Positions 53,482 to 64,000 of a stretch of DNA of 64,000 nt are shown in pieces. The DNA is from Tetramitus jugosus (lineage: Eukaryota; Protista; Heterolobosea). The position numbers were made by a program, and so were the translations under genes. The stretch is from positions 248,001 to 312,000 of the forward strand of contig OW569380.1 of the NCBI GenBank assembly GCA_937625935.1. Reading direction: 5' to 3'. Position 1 is the first letter of the stretch. Each line of letters starts with the position of its first letter. The notes under the pieces were generated by a model. It was not told the origin of the DNA and made no database searches. It saw only the letters and a program-made list of their open reading frames with translations.

Positions 53482-54953
53482 ATGGCATCCTTGATAACGA
53501 GCAACAAGAGTTCTAGTTTGAGGAAGGATAGAAGTAGTGTGGATTCTCAGAAGGTGATCATCGAAGTAGGTTCTGCTTACACTAAATGTGGATACGTCGG
53601 GGAGGCTACACCTCGAAGAATCATTCGAAATCCAAAGCTTCTTACTCGTTTGATGATGGGTCATTTTCGCCCATTGAAGGAGCAGGATTTAGAGAGAGTT
53701 ATTCAAAGTTTTTTAACCTTGTTCCACAATGTCTTCTATGATGTTTTGTTCACAAGTTTGGATCGGTTGTCCCAATTGTTCATCTCATTGAACATATTCG
53801 CCATTCAGCAAGAGATCATACGAAAGTTGATATCGGACGCTGTTCTTAGGATAAAATTCTCTTCCGACTTCAAGTCTGAAGAGATCTTTACATCCTATAG
53901 TATGCAATTCCTAACAACACAATACTGTTCAATTGCTTGCACAGATCAAGAAAGTGGATTGATAGTTGATGTGGGATATTCAGAAACGAGAATAGTACCT
54001 GTTTGTTTTGGGAGAGAGGTGATGTATGGTGTGAGAATTACTCCTGTTGGTAGCTATCATGTACTTCAGAGACTTAAAACCTCCGTCCTCGATCATAACC
54101 CACACTTGCTTGCCCAGAACCTTATGTGTCATTCGACCGATGACAAATCAGATGATTCTTCGAGATTTGAGTGCTCCATTCTAGAAGATATCTTGACTAG
54201 AATGTGTTATTGCTTGCCATTATCCATGTTAGAGGAGACCAAACCAACGAAACCTACGCCCTGGCCGAGGATAGACATCATGAAGGAGAAGCAGAGATTA
54301 AAAGACCATAAGGAAAGAACAATATCAACTGCAGCTCTACCTGCGCTCTCTACTCCAAGAAATAATCAGCGAAGAAGAAAATCACGCTCGAACTATCAAT
54401 ACTTTGACTACTATGCAGATGATTCGATTATTAAAGTAGAGAAAAGTAGTAGATGGGTACCTTTAGAAATCCTGTTCGAAGGAGATGACCAGGGTAAAAA
54501 TATTGTTGATCATGTTTTAGATTCACTCATGGCAGTAAGTATTCAACAACATTTCCAACGTGACGAACCAGAATATCAACCCTTGTCTTTTCTTACTTAT
54601 CCAGGCCGAAGTCGATGTTCGGGCACGGTTGTGTGAGAACCTAGTTCTATGTGGTGGCTGTACAATGGTACCGGGTTTTGCTCAGAGATTTGCTGCTAGT
54701 TTGAAAGAACAAATCAAGAATGAGAAATACAATGCAATCCAGAGTAAGTAAGTTGTTGTTAGTTCCTTTTTTGATTTCAAAAAACTAATGTTTCTGTCCA
54801 GAGTCAGCTGATAATATACGAGTGTTCCAGCCCTCAAACATACCACAAGTGTGTCACTCGTGGACTGGAGCTTCCATCTCCTGCGCTTCCATCCAAGGAT
54901 CGAACAATTTTGAGTTGATCAAACAACAACATCAGAGCACACTAAAAAAATAG
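53482..54953 (+). CDS. actin-related protein (Arp10/ACTR10-like dynactin subunit); exons 53482-54534, 54605-54743, 54802-54953
   Basis: IEVGSAYTKCGYVGE.PR, GLIVDVGYSETRIVPV, EDILTR.C, D.R..L.EN...GG.TM.PG, SWTGAS. Confidence 0.82.
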
Positions 54954-54996
54954 TAATACCTTAATTTTGTTTGTTTATTGTTGTGTCTTTTGTCGC

Positions 54997-55506
54997 TTAT
55001 TGCTTTGCAGCTTCAGTCGATTTCTCTTCTACCTCTGCTTCCACAGTCTCTACTGTCGACGATTCTTCTTCTTGTTCTTGAGTAACTCCTTGTTCGGATG
55101 CCTTCAATGCAGCTTTTCGCTTGTTCAACAATCTCTTCTTCTCCTTGAGAGTCAAGTGATATTGATAACCACCTTCCTTCTTCTTCAACACTTCCTTCAA
55201 TGGATTTTGCTTTGCATCGATTCTTCTATTGTTTCTCAAATGACTCAAAACGTCTCTCAAATCACTCTTGCTCTCAAATGCATTTGGGTAACGTTCTTGC
55301 ATCGCATTGTACAGGGAGTGAGTGTCCATTGGACCCAATTCGTTCAATGTCAACACAACTCTCTGAGTATTGTTGTTCACTGGAAGTTCAACATTGGTGT
55401 ATCTGGTGGTGACTTGTTGTTGTTGTTGTTGGACGAGAGATAGAGTGTGGAAGCATCTCTTTGATGGATAGGAAGAGTGAGTTTGTTGGATGATGCGTCT
55501 CAACAT
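54997..55506 (-). CDS. putative mitochondrial protein, mL80-like helical domain
   Basis: MLRR presequence; LNELGPM..SKSDLRDVLSHLR pattern. Confidence 0.6.
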   Translation of the reverse strand: MLRRIIQQTHSSYPSKRCFHTLSLVQQQQQQVTTRYTNVELPVNNNTQRVVLTLNELGPMDTHSLYNAMQERYPNAFESKSDLRDVLSHLRNNRRIDAKQNPLKEVLKKKEGGYQYHLTLKEKKRLLNKRKAALKASEQGVTQEQEEESSTVETVEAEVEEKSTEAAKQ

Positions 55507-55650
55507 TTTTTCAGTGTGAATTCTCGTGGAAGATGTTTGCAATTTTTTTTGCGTGATAATCTTGTGTCGGACGAAATAGAAAATTTTGTAGGGCTTACAG
55601 AGAGTCAATACAACAGAGTCCCAGTGCGTAAATATTATCCATTGAAATTT

Positions 55651-56392
55651 TTACTCGTTTTTGTTGTTTTGTTGGCTAATGTTGCTTGTGAACAATTGCT
55701 TGGCTCTCTGGAAGACTTGATATTCGAACCTTCGCTCATCCAACACCTTCTTCAATTCCTTCTTTTGATTCTGTTCATACACTTGCTTCAAGTGATTGTA
55801 ATGAACCAATTCCATTTGTCTCAGATAACGATTCTTTAGTTCCATAAGTTCTTGTTCCATAAATGTCTTTTCTAAGACACTGGCTGATGCAGTGTCCTTT
55901 GCTTTGTTCGAAGGTCTAAACTTTCTCTTCTTTGGTTCAGGCTTTGGAATGATCACTTGACCAACTTTGGACCATCTGACCTTGGTACCGTCGTCCAAGA
56001 ATCTAATCTCAACACGAGTTGGTTTACTAGAGTGGTTGTTGTGTAATGGGTGTGAGTCATCATACAAAGCGAAAAGGGCGCCAAAAAATAGATTACAAAA
56101 AAAATCATGATCGGACTTACTTTGTCTCTGGGCACACCAAAGCGACATTACTGTAATGTATGGCGGCTTCCTTGGTCACAATGCTACCAGGTGCATCCTT
56201 TGTCTTTGGCATGTGTCTCTTCACCAAATTAATTCCTTCCACAATGAGACGATTCTTGTCTCTGAACACTTTTTTGACCACACCTTGCTTACCGGCTTCT
56301 TGACCAGCAACAATCTGGACCAAATCACCCTTGACGACTTTCCATTGGGAAACTAGATTGTTTGCGAGAACTTTTGGATGGAGTGCTGGCAT
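55651..56392 (-). CDS. MRPL24: mitochondrial ribosomal protein uL24m; intron 56120-56027
   Basis: WKVVKGDLVQI..G...GKQG KOW motif, VEGIN..KRH, EAAIHYSNVAL, spliced NKPTRV..DGTKVR.SK. Confidence 0.9.
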
Positions 56393-56535
56393 GTTGTTCG
56401 TTTAGAAAAAAAAGTAGGATGGAGTATCGTTGCTCAACAAAAAATGATTTGTGTGTGAAGAGGGAAAATGAAAATTTGCGGCGAAATGTTGGAACGGAAA
56501 AATACAAGTCGAATACAATGAATGTGTTGAACATT

Positions 56536-58341
56536 CTAAACCTTTGGTTCATTGATGGTGTTGTCAAACTTAAAACTGAGTAAAACTGCCACAAATGACA
56601 GAACAGCAAAGAAAACAAAAGGAATATTGATCAGAGGTAGCCAATAAGTGGTTGACAAGCGAGCAGAGAATGCGAGCATAGGACCAGCCATAATGGGTGC
56701 AATAACACGAGCGATACATCCAGCACTATTGGACATGGCCATCACTCTACCTGCAGTACCTTGCGGTGCAGCATTGTTGATCACAATAAACACTGCAGTG
56801 AACGTTAGCATGCCAGTGAATGCTCTCAATAAGGCCATCACAACTACACCCGTCCACAACAATGGCTTCGATGAGGTTAATAGGTTGAGCTGAGGGGTGA
56901 ACAACAGTGGTATGATCAACAAGAATCCGAGACGCAACGATCCTAACTTTCCAATCAATCGTGAACAAAATGGAAAAACTATCGGCTGGACGAGTAGAAT
57001 GATACCAATCATCATTTGGGCGATTCCAATCTGGCTTGTTCCAAACGAGAGTCCACCCTGCTTGATATCTATGAGTGCCCAAAGACCCCACAGCTCTTCT
57101 TGTATCGTATCGATGGTACTACACAGAAAATAGATGGCCGATGCCACCATCACTTCCTTATTGAGCATTAATCCGACCAATTCGCGTGTCTCCTTCACCA
57201 CACCTTGCTGCATCCGTCTATAGAATGATTGTTGCGGTACAACAGTCGGTTCCTGAATTTTGGTCAATGATTGTTGAAATTGCTTCTCTTCCAACGTATT
57301 CCCTTCCTCAATTGAGCCAACTGGCTCTGTTTGTTGTTGGTTGTGATCAAAATCTGCTGGCAGAGTTTCTAACATGATTGATTCATCCACTCTTTCAATG
57401 TCAACAACTTCCTCTGAAGCTACGGTCGTCTTCTTCTTCTCTTTCATACAAAAGGCACAACAAATGAATCCAAGCAGCATGACTACAGAGCAGAACAAGC
57501 AAGGCAATAAATAGGGAAACTTTTTGAATAGAACCAAGTTGCCAAACAATCTAGGGTACTTTGTAACAGGATCAGACAAAAATCCACCAATTGTTGGACC
57601 CGTAATGGCACCAATACCCCACGCCAAACCCAAAAAGCTAAATGCAACTGATTGATTCGTCTTGTCCGTCACATCAGACAAGTAAGCTTTTGCAGTAGCC
57701 GTCAATCCATTCAGAGCTCCGTTCATACCTCGAACCACGAGAGCAAACCAAAAGCTCTGACTCAATCCGAACATTGCCATCGTAATCATACAACCCACTG
57801 TGCTCACCAACACAACAAGTCTCTTTGAAAATCGATCAGCCATCACTCCATAAATAAATCCCGTAAAGAACTGAGTGAATGCGAAGCTGGCGGCCAAGAA
57901 ACCAGCGTAATAACCTGCATCTTCCTTGTCCTTGACTGTACCGAAATCTACAATCATAAATCCAATGAACGGAAACAGGAATGTGTATGCAAAGCCCTCA
58001 CATATAAAAATGATGGAAATGGCTAAAATGGCAGCTTTTGGCAACGGTGTTACTTTTTCTTGTTCTCCAGTCATCATTTTCTCATTGTCATCATCATCAT
58101 TGTCTAACAACACAACATTATTTTGAGTCTCATCATTGTTCAACGTCACGAATATGTCATGATTTTCCTTTAGTTCAGCAGAATTATCGTCATTCACATC
58201 CATATTATTCGATGCTTCGTTTTCATCATCAACAACTGCAGTAGGAATAGAAACAGGTATACTGGTGGTGTCAGGGTGTAACACCATGGGTCCACCAGAG
58301 CCATCGTCATCATTCAATGATGCTGTTGCTGTGGTTGACAT
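56536..58341 (-). CDS. MFS transporter (ZIFL/DHA1-like)
   Basis: 12 TM helices; GYYAGFL, G..ADRFSKR motif A, GPTIGGFL..P, FPYLLPC. Confidence 0.9.
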   Translation of the reverse strand: MSTTATASLNDDDGSGGPMVLHPDTTSIPVSIPTAVVDDENEASNNMDVNDDNSAELKENHDIFVTLNNDETQNNVVLLDNDDDDNEKMMTGEQEKVTPLPKAAILAISIIFICEGFAYTFLFPFIGFMIVDFGTVKDKEDAGYYAGFLAASFAFTQFFTGFIYGVMADRFSKRLVVLVSTVGCMITMAMFGLSQSFWFALVVRGMNGALNGLTATAKAYLSDVTDKTNQSVAFSFLGLAWGIGAITGPTIGGFLSDPVTKYPRLFGNLVLFKKFPYLLPCLFCSVVMLLGFICCAFCMKEKKKTTVASEEVVDIERVDESIMLETLPADFDHNQQQTEPVGSIEEGNTLEEKQFQQSLTKIQEPTVVPQQSFYRRMQQGVVKETRELVGLMLNKEVMVASAIYFLCSTIDTIQEELWGLWALIDIKQGGLSFGTSQIGIAQMMIGIILLVQPIVFPFCSRLIGKLGSLRLGFLLIIPLLFTPQLNLLTSSKPLLWTGVVVMALLRAFTGMLTFTAVFIVINNAAPQGTAGRVMAMSNSAGCIARVIAPIMAGPMLAFSARLSTTYWLPLINIPFVFFAVLSFVAVLLSFKFDNTINEPKV

Positions 58342-58677
58342 TATGTTTCAAACAGCTTTTGTTGTTGAAGATTTTTCTTCCATGATGGAGGAACAAAACT
58401 ATGTGAAATCAAAAAACAAAATGTCCGCATGGTCATGACACGACAGCGAATCCTTGAGGTGAAGATTTTGACCATCCCTTCTCCATTGTTTTCTTTCAAC
58501 TTATCTATTGTTTTCTTTTTGTTGGTTGAAAACAAAGAACTTCAGCTTGAAATGGCATCCCTTGTCTCAATAGCATAAAAATCGCACAAAAAGCGAGCGA
58601 CTTCGAGCTTGTTCATGCTTCGACATCGCTTATTGCATCGGAGAAATGTTTGACAACTGGCAATGATAATTTATTGT

Positions 58678-61600
58678 TTATAATTTGTACATAGAGTCAA
58701 ATCTTCTCTCAATCTCATCTGGATTCCTCAGGCTGCCTGCATCTGAAGACTTTCCCCTCGCTGCAACCAGAGGACGGAACAGTTTGATGAGGGCAACTGG
58801 TGCCACAATGAGAACAACAGCCAAAATAGCAACGGACACACAGGCTAACACTATGAGAGCAATTGCATATGCTTTCAATCCTTTCTTTTTGTTCAAGCCT
58901 GTTGTTGAACATCCACATGGATTGGTACATGTTACTCCAATATTATCAACAGTCTCAGATGGTTGGATATAGTCCAATGACACTGTGTGACTGACAGGTT
59001 GCGAACACATGCATTGAACCACAACTGTCTGGTTTGTATTATTGTTCAGAGTGAGAACCTCTGTACGACAAACGTTCGTATCGTTCACCCATTGCTTAGT
59101 ATCTGCGTTCAAGTATTTGCAATTGTAATAGTAATCTTCAGTCTTATTGGATGTACTTGGAACGGTAACTGTTGATTGAATCAATGTGGAAGCAGAGTCA
59201 ACTCTTTGAATTTGTTGATTCGCAGTGAATAATGTGGTAGAGATCGTTGGAGAGACTTGAGTTGTGTCACACTTGTCCGAGTATTGGTCTGGAGGATTGG
59301 CGAGTACTTGACCTTGAACGTAAGTGGCTCCTGATGCTGCTAGAACAGTATTGTCTAAAACGATCTGAACATAATCAGTGTTGTTGTTAGTGCTATCTGA
59401 AGAGGGCTGTTTCACCAGCAATGTAGTGCCAGTCAGTGACCTTCGGGAACTGAGTGAGGAAGCGTTAAACTTAGAAATCACTGTTTCGAGGTTAGGAAGC
59501 GATATCTGTGATGTTTGTCCCTCAGTCATATTCTGACGAACTCGATCAGTCAAAACAGACACCATTGATGAGAAGGATTCTCTTTGGATCTTCGAGCTGT
59601 TGCCTGATATCATCACATTTGCCAAGTTATGGGCTACTGCGATGGTATCGTCAATCTTTGAGTCATTCCTGAGAAGGGATTGTCTCAAAATGTTTGATGA
59701 TTGCACTGTGGTTGATTCGGATAGATAGTTGTAATGTTGAGTAATAGTCTTGACAGTTTCAACTTGTGCAACTGTGCTCAACTCATCCAGTCTGGATTGA
59801 ACAATGTCAATTAACGTGCCCAGCAATTGAGATGTTTGATTCGATGAAATGACGTTGATTGAGGTGACCAACGAGTTGGTATACGTTGTCAATTCGGTTT
59901 CAAATTGAGTACCATTCGATTGGGACAATGAGTTGACTTGCTCGGTAAGTGCTGTGGTTGTTTGTGTCGAATCACCTTGGTAGAGAGTGACAACACCTGT
60001 CGATTCTGCTACTTCGTCAAACACACTTTGTGCTCGAACAAATACAGTGACATTACCAAGCAAAGGCATTGTGGTATTAAATGTTGAAGCAATTCCACTT
60101 GTGCGCAGATACACTCTTTGATTGTTTGAGTTGAAATAACCAAAGCTATACGACACGGTTGAATCGTTGCTCTTTGTCTTCAACAAGAATTGATCGACCA
60201 CAATGGCTCCCTTGCTTGGTGTCACTGTGAGAGGAGAAATAGCAAGACTTGGAACTGCTGAAATCGAAACTGTTGCAGATGAGAAGGTATTGGAGGTCTT
60301 GTAGACCTGAACATTCAATCGTACTGAATAATCATGAGATGATACTAGATTTGAGATGTTAAATTGCCATTTCTCAATGAGATTTGTGATTGTGTAGTTC
60401 ATTGGTATTTCCCTAACAGTAAGATTATCGCTCACTGTCCAAACAGCAGACGCCACAATGTTACCTCTAGGAACATATTCTGAGGTAAATGTTGCCTCGA
60501 CAGTCCATGTTTTTGATACTGGGAACGTGGAAAATCCGCTCAATTTGTTGGAATTAATTGCAATACTTGCACCGAACTCATCACAATATCTTCCATGATA
60601 ACCAGTGCCACACTCACAAGTGTCATTTTTCTTGCACACACCATTGCCACTACAAACATTCGCATCAGAGGCCAACGTGCCATTACAGATCATGCTTTGA
60701 CATTGATTGCCAGTATATCCAGTGCTGCATTGACAAACGTCATTCTGCTTACACACGCCATTACCATTACAAACATTGGGGTCAGATGCTAATGTACCGT
60801 TACAAGCCATGTTCTGACATATGTTGCCAATGTATCCAGGCTTACACTCACATATGTTATTTTTCTTACACGCACCATTACCATTACAAACACTAGGATC
60901 AGATGCTAATGTGCCATTACAAGCCATGTTCTGACATTGGATTCCAATATATCCAGCTTTACAAGTACAAGAATCTGTAGCTCCACAAGTACCGTTTCCA
61001 CTGCACACAGAGGATTCAAACGCATTGGTTCCAAAGCAATAAACAGCAGGTCCATTAATAATCTCTGCAACAAAGTTAAACTTGTTGGTGCTGGTAAAAC
61101 TTCTCTGTCCACTGCCAATTGAATAAGGAGCCTCACTGCGGCCCATGGCTAAAACATAGTTATCAGAGCCAACAGAAAGTGCAAGACCAGTTGCAACATT
61201 GTCGTTTACAACTGTTAAAATGTCGATAACATCTCCATTTGAGTTGTACCTCGAAACGAAACCAGTTTGAGATCCCTTTCCACAAATAGTGGAAAAGGTT
61301 CCGTTAATTGTACCGTTTCCGTTGCACCATCCTGTCAGAAGAATCGATCCATCTCCAGTAGTCACCATGCCAGAAGCTACAAACGAAATGTAATCCGATG
61401 GAGATAAGACAAATTCGCTCCAGGCTAATGAAGGACCAGTCTTGGAACCTTTCAGTAGTAAGATTGTTGGTAGGTCACCAACTCTCCAAAATAGATTGGT
61501 CGCCATATAGAATGAATTTGCATCAGCAGAAGTTACTTCAAGGACAGATCCCGAATAAAAGGCAGAGATCTGAGTTCCACGAATAAATGCTCCACTGGTC

Positions 61601-62493
61601 TTGTTCACATTAAAGATGTAAATATCGTTCAGACTCGTATTTTTTTGAGTGAAATAGGAGCTCTTAAAGTGTGCCTCTCCTGTGAAAGCACCTGCCACAA
61701 AGAGATATTGAGAATCTGATGAGACAGCAGTCACAGTTGAATTCGTCCAAGCTGATGCCCAAACACAACCACCTGTTTGATTGAATTTGGCAGCATAGGC
61801 ACTGACAGCAGTCTGTTGATTCTTCGATGGGCAATCGAATGGCAATTGACCGTTCGTTAATGGACCAACCAAGAAGACTGAATCGACGCCACCATCACAT
61901 GAAATGTGAGCATTAGACACCATGACATCACCTGATAATACATTGGACTGAACAATGGACTTGAACCAGATATTACTACCCGTAGAGTCATACTTTGCAA
62001 CAACAGCATAACTTCCCTGCACTCCACTAATGCCAAACTGTGGAAAATTACCTGTACAGTTGGGAAACACAACAATTAAGCTCTGATTATCACACGCTGG
62101 TAATAAAAAGGGAATATAGGATTGTGCTCCAGAATCGATACCAATAGCCCATTCATATCCCTTTGTTGTTTGTGATACGACATTCTTTGTCAGGACAGTT
62201 CTTCCAGCGGAGGAGACAGCAACGGAACCAAAGGAATTGGAGAGGATAGTAGCACTTGGGGTATCAGTCTTGAATGATCCATAGGTTATGAGAGAGTTGA
62301 GTACCTTGATACCAGTGAGTTTATGTGTCTCAGAGTCGTCCACAGCAGATATCGTACCAAAGGAAGTGCTTTCACTGTTCACTAAACCGAGTAGTGTGAC
62401 AAGAAAGCAGAGAGCTGTCCAACACAACAATGCTCGACAATAGGAAGAAGAAGAGGAATTCAACAACAACAAAACTCTGTTGTTGGAGGACAT
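58678..62493 (-). CDS. EGF/REJ-like/GPS-like single-pass surface receptor, paralog 3
   Basis: 1271 aa; same architecture as 2592..6026 but 4 EGF repeats; tail RFDSMYKL. Confidence 0.88.
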   Translation of the reverse strand: MSSNNRVLLLLNSSSSSYCRALLCWTALCFLVTLLGLVNSESTSFGTISAVDDSETHKLTGIKVLNSLITYGSFKTDTPSATILSNSFGSVAVSSAGRTVLTKNVVSQTTKGYEWAIGIDSGAQSYIPFLLPACDNQSLIVVFPNCTGNFPQFGISGVQGSYAVVAKYDSTGSNIWFKSIVQSNVLSGDVMVSNAHISCDGGVDSVFLVGPLTNGQLPFDCPSKNQQTAVSAYAAKFNQTGGCVWASAWTNSTVTAVSSDSQYLFVAGAFTGEAHFKSSYFTQKNTSLNDIYIFNVNKTSGAFIRGTQISAFYSGSVLEVTSADANSFYMATNLFWRVGDLPTILLLKGSKTGPSLAWSEFVLSPSDYISFVASGMVTTGDGSILLTGWCNGNGTINGTFSTICGKGSQTGFVSRYNSNGDVIDILTVVNDNVATGLALSVGSDNYVLAMGRSEAPYSIGSGQRSFTSTNKFNFVAEIINGPAVYCFGTNAFESSVCSGNGTCGATDSCTCKAGYIGIQCQNMACNGTLASDPSVCNGNGACKKNNICECKPGYIGNICQNMACNGTLASDPNVCNGNGVCKQNDVCQCSTGYTGNQCQSMICNGTLASDANVCSGNGVCKKNDTCECGTGYHGRYCDEFGASIAINSNKLSGFSTFPVSKTWTVEATFTSEYVPRGNIVASAVWTVSDNLTVREIPMNYTITNLIEKWQFNISNLVSSHDYSVRLNVQVYKTSNTFSSATVSISAVPSLAISPLTVTPSKGAIVVDQFLLKTKSNDSTVSYSFGYFNSNNQRVYLRTSGIASTFNTTMPLLGNVTVFVRAQSVFDEVAESTGVVTLYQGDSTQTTTALTEQVNSLSQSNGTQFETELTTYTNSLVTSINVISSNQTSQLLGTLIDIVQSRLDELSTVAQVETVKTITQHYNYLSESTTVQSSNILRQSLLRNDSKIDDTIAVAHNLANVMISGNSSKIQRESFSSMVSVLTDRVRQNMTEGQTSQISLPNLETVISKFNASSLSSRRSLTGTTLLVKQPSSDSTNNNTDYVQIVLDNTVLAASGATYVQGQVLANPPDQYSDKCDTTQVSPTISTTLFTANQQIQRVDSASTLIQSTVTVPSTSNKTEDYYYNCKYLNADTKQWVNDTNVCRTEVLTLNNNTNQTVVVQCMCSQPVSHTVSLDYIQPSETVDNIGVTCTNPCGCSTTGLNKKKGLKAYAIALIVLACVSVAILAVVLIVAPVALIKLFRPLVAARGKSSDAGSLRNPDEIERRFDSMYKL
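60583..61038 (-). repeat. four tandem 117-bp EGF-coding units
   Basis: One CFGT unit followed by three CNGTLASD..VC.GNG.C units at 39-aa period. Confidence 0.85.
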
Positions 62494-62767
62494 TTTGTGG
62501 TTTTTCTTGTAGCGATGTTCGTTTTGCTGATGACGGAACCAAAAGACACCTGAAACTTTCTCTTGGGGCTATCGTTATCTGTCAAGTGATCGCGTCAATA
62601 ACAAGAAGGAGGTGACTCGTTTTGGGCCATCACGGACGGCGAGATAGGATAGGTGAGTTTTTGTGAACTCGCTCCGACTCATCCTTTTCCTCATGTGAGT
62701 TAACTTCCACCGACAAGCTGTCAACTGTAATCCTCCGAATATCTCCGTCTTGAATGCTTGTGGTTAA

Positions 62768-63583
62768 TCATTTATTCAAGGCAGAAGCTTCTTCTGTGTT
62801 CCAGAGCACTCTTCCTTCCATGCCACCAGAAACTGTCAGAACATGTCCAGATATGTGAGACGCAAGTTTGTCACTTGCCAAAAACAAGATACTGTTCGAA
62901 ACATCTTCGGTAGAGGCTACCTTTCGAAGAGGGATTGTTTGATAGACGCGTGTTGTCACTTGGATATCATTCATAGCATGCTCGGCCATTGGTGTCAAAG
63001 TCCATCCAGGTGCCACTGTGTTCACTCTTCCTCTTGCAGCGATTCTCACAATCTCATTCTTCAACGAGAGCATAAATCCATACTGTGCAGCAGACTTACT
63101 TGAGGCGTAATCTGCATGACCTGCCTCACCAAACACTGCAGCAGTCGAACCAACCATGACAATGTTGCCATGTGAGCTCTGAGCCTCCTTTAATTGCTTG
63201 AGGAACTCCCGGGCAAACAAAAAGAAACCTGTCAGATTTACTTTCAAAGTATTTTCCCATTGATCCAGAGTCATATCGCACAAGGGAACATCCTTGGCAG
63301 GGAACACTCCATGATTCAAGATCAAAACATCAATTTTTGAGAAGTGATCAATGCATTTGCGAACGCACTGAACAACTTGTTCTTCCTGACAGGCGTCTGC
63401 CTGCACCAAAAAAGCTTGATCAGCATAAGCTTCCTGCAAGTTTTTCAACTCATCAGAGAGTGTTCTGTTGTAGTGCAGAGAAACGTTGGCACCCTGCTCA
63501 AGGAATTTGCGAGCAGTTTCTAGTCCAATGCCGCCAGAGGCACCAGTGACCAATACGTGTTGATTCTTGAAACCGAAATCCAT
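62768..63583 (-). CDS. short-chain dehydrogenase/reductase
   Basis: TGASGGIG, YASSK, RVNTVAPG. Confidence 0.93.
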   Translation of the reverse strand: MDFGFKNQHVLVTGASGGIGLETARKFLEQGANVSLHYNRTLSDELKNLQEAYADQAFLVQADACQEEQVVQCVRKCIDHFSKIDVLILNHGVFPAKDVPLCDMTLDQWENTLKVNLTGFFLFAREFLKQLKEAQSSHGNIVMVGSTAAVFGEAGHADYASSKSAAQYGFMLSLKNEIVRIAARGRVNTVAPGWTLTPMAEHAMNDIQVTTRVYQTIPLRKVASTEDVSNSILFLASDKLASHISGHVLTVSGGMEGRVLWNTEEASALNK

Positions 63584-63676
63584 GACTATTGTTTGTTTGC
63601 TTTTTTCTTGTTGGCACGGAAATGCATCGTTTGGGACAGTTTTTTTATGAATAAATTCAATATTAATTTTACAACC

Positions 63677-64000
63677 TTAGACATTGATGCCTCTTCTTTT
63701 TTGATACTCAGCCAGCGAAAGAACCTTATGGCCAGTGTATTCGCTCTTAATCTCCGGTGCCGGGACAGATCGAGCAGGAATCGTTGGTTGGGTTGCCTTG
63801 GATACTTCTAAAGAAAATTGTTAGTAAAGAAATCAAGTAGTTAACAAAATTGAACTCATATTAAATGAGCAACCATACCATTCAAATCAATATCAATGTC
63901 CAATTCGAATTGGTGTGACTCAACAAGACTTGCTCCTGGACTCTTCAACAATGCGAATTGATCCTCCTGCTTCTTCTCAACATCAGCAGGTGATTTCTTT
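63677..64000 (-). CDS. 3' end of a gene continuing beyond the window; intron 63878-63808
   Basis: Spliced frame reads ..DIDIDLNEVSKATQ..KVLSLAEYQKRRGINV*. Confidence 0.65.

Noticed and set aside
1-64000. tRNA, rRNA, transposase or reverse transcriptase
   Set aside because: No recognisable signatures by eye; tRNAscan-SE and Infernal would be needed to exclude them fully

Overview
Gene-dense eukaryotic nuclear DNA. It uses the standard code, has short GT-AG introns (about 54-242 nt) with CTAAC/CTAAT-type branch points, very short intergenic gaps and AAC/CAA microsatellites. The gene content (CxG..VCxGxG EGF repeats, hybrid histidine kinase, RPEL protein, an axonemal inner protein) suggests a free-living protist, probably heterolobosean/Discoba-like; this is inference only. 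About 40 genes are present, including DED1, YKT6, TBL1, RPT2, ARP10, glyoxalase II, HemK, AlaX, a CRT-like transporter and uL24m. No tRNA, rRNA, CRISPR array or transposase was recognised. The most notable items are: (1) three paralogous single-pass surface receptors with a variable N-terminal head, EGF repeats, a REJ-like module, a GPS/GAIN-like motif lacking the cleavage residues and a conserved DxIExRFDSMY tail, with patchy gene conversion that homogenises only the membrane-proximal part; (2) a secreted protein made of tandem antistasin-like 6-Cys repeats; (3) a DED1 gene with an in-frame putative mitochondrial extension and a long five-hairpin 3' region; (4) a minimal PI31-like proteasome inhibitor and a thioredoxin-UBA-UBX fusion; (5) recurrent E2F-like motifs near gene starts. 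All product calls come from motif recognition by eye, without database searches.
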